The translations under genes and the position numbers were made by a program. From positions 202,988,001-203,052,000 of the forward strand of contig OZ024742.1 in the NCBI GenBank assembly GCA_964016885.1: a stretch of DNA of 64,000 bases, read 5' to 3'. This DNA is from Eledone cirrhosa (taxonomy: Eukaryota). This document shows positions 53,702 to 64,000 of the stretch, piece by piece; the stretch's first letter is position 1; every line of letters begins with the position of its first letter. The notes beneath the pieces are model-generated. The model did not search any database. It had not been told where the DNA came from and saw only the letters and a program-made list of their open reading frames with translations.

Positions 53702-53791
53702 TTTTATTGTAGCACAATAATATAGCACATATATGTTGATTTAACACTTTACTGCTCGCAGGTGTTTTTTAAGCTTCATATCATGTCTCCC

Positions 53792-53862
53792 TATTTTATC
53801 TGATGAGAACGCAAATATCATCCCATGATTATATTTGTTTTTGAAATGCGCATAATAAAATA
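53792..53862 (+). ncRNA. Type I hammerhead ribozyme motif (family B variant)
   Basis: TATTTTAT-CTGATGA-GAACGCAAATAT..ATATTTGTTTTT-GAAA-TGCGCA-TA^ATAAAATA. Confidence 0.78.
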
Positions 53863-53905
53863 CATGGAACTCTTTTAACCATCTTTTGATCTTATATTAT
53901 ATATA

Positions 53906-54079
53906 TTGGCAGTATTGGCAGAGGGGCGGACGCCATGCTTTGACATATAGAGTTACGGTCCTTGCCTTTCTGAGTTCAAATCCCGCCAAGGTTAACTTTG
54001 CCTTTCATCCTTACGGGGTCGATAAAATAAAGTAGCAGTGGGTAATTGCTGGCCTTGTGCCTAACGTAGAAACAATTAT
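53906..54079 (+). mobile_element. Octopus-type tRNA SINE
   Basis: B box GAGTTCAAATCCC and core. Confidence 0.75.
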
Positions 54080-54267
54080 ATATATATATATATATATGTT
54101 TTTATTTCATTGTTTTTATTAATTTATCTTGACTCTGTTTTCCTATGATTTTTATCGAAAAATGTTGAATGCATCTTCTCTTTTCATGATATTTGGATTA
54201 CATTGAGTTATTCATACGGATTGGACACTACCGTATATTTTGGCAGATTTATCTCTCTCTCTCTCTC

Positions 54268-54325
<58 letters not shown>

Positions 54326-54461
54326 AGTTAAACAAGATTCAATGAGTACATCAAAGAATGAGTTTTACAATAGATTGGAACCACTCTACAGTAAATATTT
54401 TCCAGAGTTATATATATTCATTCCAAATATTAACAAAATAGGTATTCTTGTGATCTATTAA

Positions 54462-54526
54462 ATTTTATTATACAAATTTCAGAGGCACTGAATTAAGTTC
54501 AACAGTACGTCCTCATCAGAAAAAAT
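54462..54526 (-). ncRNA. Hammerhead motif, family B variant (left arm, slightly mutated)
   Basis: Reverse complement of 54633-54697 with a few substitutions. Confidence 0.65.
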
Positions 54527-54632
54527 AAAAGGATACATGACATACCCTGACATGGTAGATGGTTAAGATTTAATCACTACCTTGTTTAAATCTTAACCAT
54601 CTACCATGTCAGGGTACGTCATGTATCATTTT

Positions 54633-54697
54633 ATTTTATCTGACGAGGACGTACTGTTGAACTTAATTCAGTGCCTCTGAAATATGTATAATAAAAT
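54633..54697 (+). ncRNA. Type I hammerhead ribozyme motif (family B variant)
   Basis: ATTTTAT-CTGACGA-GGACGTACTG ttgaacttaatt CAGTGCCTCT-GAAA-TATGTA-TA^ATAAAAT. Confidence 0.8.
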
Positions 54698-54741
54698 TTA
54701 ATTGATCACAAGAATACCTATTTTGTTAATATTTGGAATTA

Positions 54742-54809
<68 letters not shown>

Positions 54810-55429
54810 GTAGGGAGTGGGGGGTCATGATTAAAAGAACTCTTCACAATCTTATGGTCATGAGTTCGACCTCACTGCGTAGCATTTTGTCCGAGTGTCC
54901 CTTAACATAAACCCTGGTGGATCCAAGCTTTACCTCTCTTTAACATCCTAAAAAAGATATTCTAGATACAATATATCTAAAAACCAAAAACCCAAAACAA
55001 AAAAACGAAACAAAATAAAAAACAACAAAAATAGATGGGTGATGGTCACGTTTGGAATGCTTTTTAATCATTGTATTGCTTGATCAATATGGATGAACGT
55101 GACCTAAAAATATCAATATTTACTAATATTGATCTACTAATATTGATTTACTGATATTGTCCTAAACATGCCAATATTGAGTTATATGACCTAAAAATAC
55201 CAATATATTGATATATATGAGCTAATGTAGCCAGTACTATCCAATTTTGACCAATATAAGCTCAATATCCCAATATCAACTAACAATAACTAAATAAGCC
55301 CTAAAAATCCCATTAATGACCAATTTTCACCTATATGACGAAATATAACAGTATTGATTAATATAGACTGCTATGACAAAATATCATAGCATTGACTATT
55401 AATGACCTATATAACGTAAAACTAGCATC

Positions 55430-56460
55430 ATTGACTAATAGTGACTTATATGACACAGAAATAGCAATAGTGACTAATAGAGACCTATATTGCATACAAT
55501 AGCAATAGTGACTAATAGAGACCTACATGGCATAAAATAGCAATAGTGACTAATAGAGACCTATATGCCATAAAATAGCAATAGTGACTAATAGAGACCC
55601 ATATTGCATAAAATAGCAATAGTGACTAACAGCTACCTATATGACATAACAATAGCAATAGTGACTAACAGTGACCTATATGACATAACAATAGCCATAG
55701 TGACCTATATGACATAACAATAGCAATAGTGACTAACAGTGACCTATATGACATAACAATAGCCATAGTGACCTATATGACATAACAATAGCAATAGTGA
55801 CTAACAGTGACCTCTATGACATAACAATAGCAATAGTGACTAACAGTGACCTATATGACATAACAATAGCCATAGTGACCTATATGACATAACAATAGCA
55901 ATAGTGACTAACAGTGACCTATATGACATAACAATAGCCATAGTGACCTATATGACATAACAATAGCAATAGTGACTAACAGTGACCTATATGACATAAC
56001 AATAGCCATAGTGACCTATATGACATAACAATAGCAATAGTGACTAACAGTGACATATATGACATAACAATAGCCATAGTGACCTATACGACATAACAAT
56101 AGCAATAGTGACTAACAGTGACATATATGACATAACAATAGCCATAGTGACCTATATGACATAACAATAGCAATAGTGACTAACAGTGACCTATATGACA
56201 TAACAATAGCCATAGTGACATATATGACATAACAATATCAATAGTGACTAACAGTGACGTAAATGACATAACAATAGCCATAGTGACCTATATGACATAG
56301 CAATAGCAATAGTGACTAACAGTGACCTATATGACATAACAATAGCCATAGTGACATATATGACATAACAATAGCCGTAGTGACCTATATGACATAACAA
56401 TAGCAATAGTGACTAACAGTGACGTAAATGACATAACAATAGCCATAGTGACGAACATAA
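55430..56460. repeat. 39-bp/29-bp alternating minisatellite
   Basis: GACCTATATGACATAACAATAGCAATAGTGACTAACAGT (39) alternates with GACCTATATGACATAACAATAGCCATAGT (29). Confidence 0.92.
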
Positions 56461-56547
56461 TAGCACCACTAACTAACATTGACCTATATGACAAAGTAAC
56501 AACATTGACTTATAGTGACCTATATGGCATCATAGCAATATTGGCTA

Positions 56548-56702
56548 ATAATTATTTCTACTTTTGGCACAAGGCCAGCAATTATTCCAGTGTATTACTG
56601 GTACTTTATTTTATCGACCCCGTAAGGATGAAAGGCAAAGTTAACCTCGGCGGGATTTGAACTCAGACCTTAAACAGCCGTAACTCTTTGCCGCAAAGCA
56701 TA
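56548..56702 (-). mobile_element. Octopus-type tRNA SINE
   Basis: Reverse core; further copies at 56904-57019 (-), 58448-58635 (-) and 62600-62707 (+). Confidence 0.75.
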
Positions 56703-57049
56703 GAGTTACATTAGCTAATAATAATCTATATGACCTAACAATTACAACATTGACATACAAATAGTAATAGTGACCATTATTGACAGAACTTTAATATGTT
56801 TCGGCCAGTATTGGCGCAGGCCATGTTTAACGTAACAGCACCATATGGTAAAACGAAGATTGTGTAGTATTGACATATATGACATAAAAACAACAATATT
56901 GATTAATTGTTTCTACTTTTGGCACAAGGCCAGCGATTATCCAGTACATTACTGGTACTCTATTTTATCGACCGCGTAAGGATGAAAGGCAAAGTTAACC
57001 TCGGCGTGATTTGAACTCAACAATATTGATTAATACTGACTAATATGAC

Positions 57050-57840
57050 AAACATAGCAATAGTACCAATATTGATAAAATATGACCTAAATATACCAAT
57101 ATTGATCACTATAACGTAGAAATACCAATACTGATTAATATATTCTAGAAATATCAATTTGATCACTATGACCTAAACTTACCAATATTGATCACCATAA
57201 TCTAGAAATACCAATATTGATAAATATGTCCTAGAAATATCAATTTGATCACTATGACCTAAATATACCAATATTGATCACTATAACGTAGAAATACCAA
57301 TACTGATTAATATGTCCTAGAAATATCAATTTGATCACTATGACTTAAATATACCAATATTGATCACAATAATCTAGAAATACCAATATTGATAAATATG
57401 TCCTAGAAATATCAATTTGATCACTATGACCTAAATACATCAATATTGATCAATATGACCGAAATATATCAATATTGATCAATATGACCTAAATATACCA
57501 ATATTGATCAATATGACCTAAATATACCGATATTGTTGAATATGACCTAGAAATACCAATATTGATGGATATGACCTAGAAATGTCACTGTTGATCAATA
57601 TGACCTAGAAATACCAATATTGATGAATATGACCTTGAAATGTCACTGTCGATCAATATGACCTAAATGTACCAATAATGATGAATATGGCCTAGATATA
57701 CCAATATTAATATGTATGGCCTAGAAATGTCACTGCTGATCAATATGACATAAATATACCAATATTGATCAAACTTGACATATATGACTTGAAAAAAAAC
57801 AATATTGATCAATTTGCCTTAAGATATCAATATAGATCAA
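57050..57840. repeat. 29-bp minisatellite
   Basis: GACCTAAATATACCAATATTGATCAATAT and variants. Confidence 0.88.
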
Positions 57841-57901
57841 TACCGAAGAGCATGAGATAACCTATTTAGCAGAGCCCTATACTGACAAGTATTAATCAAT
57901 A

Positions 57902-58389
57902 TTAGCAGAAAAACCACCAATCGGGTGGTTTTCTGCTAGCATGTGTAGTGTGTATAGTGATATTATACGCAAGTATATATACATGTAGATATGATACATC
58001 AGATAAAATCGTAATTGACAATATACACAGAAATTGAACGAAGACTGTGTTACACTGTCTTATGTAATCAGTAACGTAATCCATGATACATTAAAAAAAG
58101 ACGATATTATATATAAACTGCATTAGAAGAAAATTAGTGACGGAAATATATGAATGTTTATTTAAACGATCGCTAACCGGAAGTGTTGACATTTGAACAT
58201 TTTAAAGAAATGGATCTTAAAATAAGCAACAATATTATTTATATTTAATCAGGAGTTATAAAATTTAGTAGATAAATTATGTAATATTCATTTATTATTT
58301 ATTCAGAGTAATCCAACTTATTTTACAAACGGGATAAAAAAATATATTCTGGACGCAGTCCCGCACTCCTTTCTTTATTATAGTTAAGA
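57902..58389 (-). mobile_element. Non-autonomous Helitron copy 3
   Basis: Homologous to 11045-11526; compensatory loop change in the terminal hairpin; CTAG mutated. Confidence 0.7.
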
Positions 58390-58892
58390 TAGACTAATAT
58401 TGACCAATATGACATAATATTCCCAACGTTAAACTATAATACCTAATAATTGTTCCTACGTTTGGCACAAGGCCAGCAATTATCCAGTGTATTACTGGTA
58501 CTTTATTTTATCGACCCCGTAAGGATGAAAGGCAAAGTTAACCTCGACGGGACTTGAACCCAGAACGTAAAGGGCCATAACTATGTTGCAAAGCATGGTG
58601 TCTGACACTCTACCGATACTGCTAATCCACCGCCCTTAAAATACCTAATTATAATATGCAGTATGAGCTGATTTAGTCAGCGGAGTTATTTACCGATCAA
58701 TATCAGTAAATATTGGTGAATGTGATATTAAAATACCAATATTAAAAACATACCAACATTTGTCTATATGCATTAAATTAAATGATTTTAAATATCAATA
58801 TTAACAGATGTTTACTTATGAGCTAAAATATTAGTATTGACCAAGATTATATAAAACTACCAATACTGACCATCATCATCATCATCATCATT

Positions 58893-58932
<40 letters not shown>

Positions 58933-59200
58933 CCATCAACACCACCGTCGCAAAAGTTTTACGTTTATTTTCCCTTCTTGCAAGATTTAGACGGGCTGTC
59001 ATGTTCTGAGGTTAGACAGGCAGCTCAGATGATTGTCTTTTTCATATCCCATCATAGCATGGTTTCTACTGCTTGATGCCCTTCCTAACACCAACCATTT
59101 CACGGCGTCTACCGGGTTCGTCTTCTCGTCACACCACCTCTAACTTATGACATGGTGGATTGAGTACTTCTTTGTGGTATATAATTACACACACACGCCT

Positions 59201-59261
<61 letters not shown>

Positions 59262-59588
59262 TATATATATATATATATACAAGGAGATAAGGGAGTATTC
59301 GCTTTATGTTGATAAAATCGTATTTTTTGTGAATGCTTATGTAAAAAAGAGTGAAAAACAGTTTACCAGATATTTTCTCTCAACGTGGTTAATGAAGTTA
59401 TGTAATATAAATCTAGCATCAAATTTCTTCTCACTGAGTAGAAATTTGAAGAGAGATTTATATTACATTTATATTACATAACTTCATTAACCACGTTAAA
59501 AAAAACATCTGGTAAACTGTTCTTTTACTATTATTTACATAAGCATTCACCTCAAATTCGATTTTACCAACATAAAGAGAATAACCCT

Positions 59589-59674
<86 letters not shown>

Positions 59675-59677
<3 letters not shown>

Positions 59678-60114
59678 GTTCACAATTTCTTATCCGAAAT
59701 CCTTGTGACCAAACACTTTTTGAATTTCGGAATGGAAGATTTTTAGCGTAGCTTTTAAAGTTTTTTTTTTAGATAACTGCAATAAACACTACTTTCTGAG
59801 CTATCGATAATGACAGACGCTTCCTATTCTGTTTCTCACTCTTAACCATAGGAGAATCTGCAGCTCTTTTTGATATTTTCCCAGTCTTCAAAGTAAAAAA
59901 GAAAAAAAAAATCAGCAAAAATTCAGCAAAATTTCCGTGAACAGCAGAGGTGATGTGCTTCTGACTGGTAGGAGCACTGAGAGACAACTGCATGACCTGG
60001 CTTAACTGTGGGTCGTTTCGGGTCACGTTTGCCGCCAAATGCAAGCTTTGGTGTGTAGACGACATCCTGGAAAAATGTTCGGTTTTCGGAATTTCGGATA
60101 AAAGATTGCGAATC

Positions 60115-60116
<2 letters not shown>
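59675..60116 (-). mobile_element. Tigger4/Zombi-like pogo element, deleted derivative
   Basis: TIRs CAGGTTCACAATTTCTTATCCGAAAT and (reverse complement) CAGATTCGCAATCTTTTATCCGAAAT in (TA)n; minus strand encodes SKRAADSPMVKSEKQNRKRLSLSIAQKV, a pogo/Jerky-type transposase N-terminus. Confidence 0.7.
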
Positions 60117-60146
<30 letters not shown>

Positions 60147-60240
60147 CGATATTAAAAATATACTCCAAATACTTGTTGAGTGCTTTTATATCAGTTATAA
60201 ATATTTTCTCGTTGTTAACCCAACAATTTAAATAAAACTT

Positions 60241-60302
<62 letters not shown>

Positions 60303-60526
60303 TTCGCAATCTTTTATCCGAAATTCCGAAATATATATATGTATATGTATATATGTGTGTGTGTGGGTGGGTGTGTGTAATTTTATATTAGATTTTCACC
60401 AACCGCTTTAATGAATGTATTAAGTGTATTTTCTCATGTCACCAGTAATTGTGGACTTGATTCATGCAAGACTAAAGAGTATTCACTACAGAAAATCAGC
60501 TATCTATCTATCTATCTATCTATCTC

Positions 60527-62108
60527 GGAGAAGATAGACGTGTTTTTGTTTCGCTCCTGCATTTTGTCGGAATTCATTACGAGAAGCGGTAGGTCTGTTT
60601 AAGTAATTTGTTATTTGTTGTGTTTAACCCCTCGCCTGGGCCTGCAGACGTTGGGTAAAATAAATTTCGCCCCTTTTTTGGGGGAAATTTAATAGTTATA
60701 AGTTGTCGATAAAAAGTCGTTTAGTGACAATGGACGCCATTAATACGACGCATGCCACGCCCCCCCCCAAGGAAAGTGATAGAGAGAACGTAGCAGCACA
60801 ACGCTGTAAACCTTCCCTCCTCACTCACGCAAAAGACACCACGGAATCAAAAGAAAACATTGTGGAAATGGGTGAAAACCCCAAAAGTAACAATTACACA
60901 AACAAGAACAACAATGACAATAACAACACAACCAACAACAGCAACAATGACAATAACAACACAACCAACAACAGCAATAATGACAACACCAACAAAGGAA
61001 AAAAGCAAGCCGACACGAATAACAACAACAACAATGATAACAACACGAAAGAAAACGGACCCACAGCTGCAGTCTCCTTCGCACAGGCGGTCCGAGAAAC
61101 GCAGACATACAAGGCACTGGACATCTCGAATGACAAGAAATTGCTGAAAGAAGCAAGGAATTGTGTAAATTTCGGGGAAGGTGGGGAATTTACAATTACA
61201 GGGGCTAAGCTGAACCGGGACAAGTCCGTCGGTTTGCAACTCGGAACGTGGAGAGGCAAACCGATGCCATCCGACGTCGTCGTCGGACGCTGGAGGGAGG
61301 GACGGTGAAGCTGCTCGGGGTCTGGTTCGGACCTGACCTCCAAGTGGAGAAAAACTGGGACGAGGTAACGGGCAGGGTGTTTGCACTCGCCCAGAAGTGG
61401 GCCGAGTGCAAACTATCTCTGAAAGGTCGAGTGCAGGTGGCGAACACTTATATAGCGTCCGTCATCTACTACCGCTTGACCGTCGTGCCTTGCCCAGCGA
61501 AAACGTTCGCCAAAATGGAGCGCGCACTCTTCCGATTCCTTTGGAAGAAGCGGGGCCCTTTGGTGAGAAGATCCATCTGCTGTCAACACGCTTCGAACGG
61601 AGGGCTGGGGAAGCCGTGGCTGACGATGCGTAGACACGCATTAAGGCTACGGCGCCTCCAGGTATTCCTCATCGGTCAGCCGGTATGGGCCCCTTTTGTG
61701 AGGCGAGCCTTTCCGAGACTCGTCTCACTCACCGAGCTGCAATCCTGGGTCAAGCAAAGACCGAGAAAAGTGGGCGACTGGCACATTGAATGTGCCCAGG
61801 CGCTCACGGCCCTCTGGCAAGCGGATCCAGAAATCAGTGGAGACTCAACCTCAACATTCTATAGAGGGTTGGTACGCAGCAAGCGCGACGACGCTCTCGG
61901 AGAGGCTCTCAGCATGGAGGAAGACGAGCTAGCCAGTCTGTTCGGTAGGACGTTTGGCCGGGACCGATGGACAACTTCCAAAAGTCCCTGGCTTGGCAGA
62001 GCTACCGAGGAGCTCTACCCTTTCGGGACAAGCTCTACAGACACGGGCACCCGGGTAGGGACTCCTCGAAGAAGATCTGTCCAAGATGCGTGCGTGACGA
62101 GGAAACTC
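60527..62108 (+). mobile_element. Second Tx1/L1-type LINE derivative (ORF1 N-terminus fused to ORF2 C-terminus)
   Basis: Asn-rich ORF1 with SFAQAV joins GAKLNRDKS..KLLGVWF..LSLKGRVQVANTYIASVIYYRL..NGGLGKP; homologous to 47672-48190; truncated at (TC)n. Confidence 0.85.
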
Positions 62109-62114
62109 TCTCTC

Positions 62115-62194
<80 letters not shown>

Positions 62195-62714
62195 CGTGTA
62201 TCTGTCGATCTATTTAACTATCTGTCTGTCTATCTATTTATCTATCAATAATACCTATATAAGATAAACATAAGAATATTAACCAATATTGGTCTGTATG
62301 ACCTGACAATGACAATATTGAACAATATTACTAATCTAGGCACAAGGCATGGAATTTGTAGACATGAGACATTGGTTTATATCGACCACGGTATTTTATT
62401 GATACTTTATTTTATCAACCCCAGAAGAACGAAATGCAAAGCTGACATTGGCGGGATTTCAACCCAGAATGCAAAGAACAGGATCAAATGCGGTACAACC
62501 TTCTATCCGACGCTTTAACGATTCTGCCTTATGTATCATACTGAATACGAAATATGAATAACCAACATTAAGTTAACCTCGGCGGGATTTGAAATCAGAA
62601 TCCGACCGAGGTTAACTTTGTCTTTCATCCTTACGGGGTCGTTAAAATAAAGTACCAGTAATACACTGGATGATTGCTGGCCTTGTGCCAAAAGTAGAAA
62701 CAATTATTAGTACT

Positions 62715-63060
62715 TAGGTCAATATTGATATTTTTGGTCAATGTTGATTTTTTTTGTCATTATTGGTACTATAAGTCAATATTAGTACTTAAGTACTAAT
62801 AATGACCAAGAACTACTAACATTGACAAAAAATATCAATATCGACCAATTATACCTATATTGAACAAAAATATTAATATTAATATTGACCAACAAATACC
62901 AACGTTGACCAGCAAATACTAATGTTGACCAACAAATACTAATATTGACCTACAAATACTAATGTTGACCTAAAAATACCACCGTTAACCTAAAAATACC
63001 AAGGTGACCTACGAATACCAATGTCATACAATGGTTATCTATATGATATAAAATACCAAC
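62715..63060. repeat. Degenerate 21-bp AATATTGACC-based minisatellite
   Basis: AAT(A/G)TTGACC(A/T)ACAAATACT units. Confidence 0.7.
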
Positions 63061-63146
63061 ATTAACCAACCTATATGAGCAAAATACTCAACAGTGTCGA
63101 TTGCCAACTATTTTAAGTTCATATTGACCAATACGAGCTAGATATA

Positions 63147-63553
63147 CTTTCGGGTCCCGAATAACCATTCCTCCCCTCCCCACCGCTTATTAATTTTTCA
63201 GATTTTTTCCAACATTGCCACACTCATTACAACCCTCCATACCCCACACACCGCGTATTAAATTTTCCTAATCTATCTCCGGCAAAATTTTATTTTAAGT
63301 GGGAGCATTCCTGCGACAATTAATTTCCTTTATACATTAAAAAACATTATACATGACAAAACAAGTACATTACTAGAAATACCATACTTTATAAAATAAA
63401 TAGGATGGATTGGGATCACAGTATGTAAACTAAACGACTAATTCTGGCTTTTAAAAGAATCAACGAAGACAACCTAGAAACATTACTGATACTTCCTCCT
63501 TCGCTTATTCCAACCCCCTGATTATTCCACCCCTATTATTTGGGATTCGAGAG
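63147..63553. mobile_element. TA-flanked non-autonomous DNA transposon
   Basis: TA|CTTTCGGGTCCCGAATAA ... TTATTTGGGATTCGAGAG|TA imperfect TIRs. Confidence 0.55.
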
Positions 63554-63783
63554 TATTAATTTTGACTTATCTGACCAATAAATACTAGCTTTTACTAATA
63601 TTGACCGATATACCTATAAATAGCAATATTGACCAATATGACTTATAAATACCAGTATTGACCAATATAAACAAATATGACCTATACTGACCTCAGAATG
63701 CTAATCCAATGAACACGACGTAAAATACTGACATTAACCTAAAAATACAAATATTTACTGCAAAATAACATATTTGACAATAA

Positions 63784-63872
<89 letters not shown>

Positions 63873-64000
63873 AAGAATGAAGAGTAACATGGTTGGCTGT
63901 ACAAGGGGCTTTATTTCAGGTATTGACAATTGTTTCATTGATCAGGTGAATCTAGAGGTCGCTAAACGCTTGAAGTTGCGTCACTCGATCTCCCTTCACC

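Overview
AT-rich, repeat-dominated eukaryotic DNA, most likely from an octopus/coleoid cephalopod (inferred from the abundant tRNA-derived SINE with the ...GAGTTCAAATCCCGCCGAGGT..CTTTCATCCT.. core and from long (TA)n tracts). I cannot confidently call any intact host protein-coding gene. The window contains: a full-length but mutated Ty3/Gypsy LTR retrotransposon (15527-19781, TSD TTATG); a 5'-truncated Penelope-like element (GIY-YIG) with inverted pseudo-LTRs; two internally deleted Tx1/L1-type LINEs; RTE, CR1 and mariner remnants; non-autonomous Helitrons; several MITEs; an 8.5-kb 39-bp minisatellite with higher-order structure; and a modular 29/39-bp satellite domain. The most striking signal is at least 14 recognisable type I hammerhead-ribozyme cores (CTGANGA-stem II-GAAA-short stem III-NTH) from about 5 sequence families. 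Most lie in short non-coding units that occur as tandem or fold-back copies in or beside (TA)n tracts, next to a coding Penelope-like element carrying the same kind of ribozyme. This suggests a (TA)n-associated retrozyme/Penelope system. All coordinates and alignments were read by eye; repeat boundaries are approximate.
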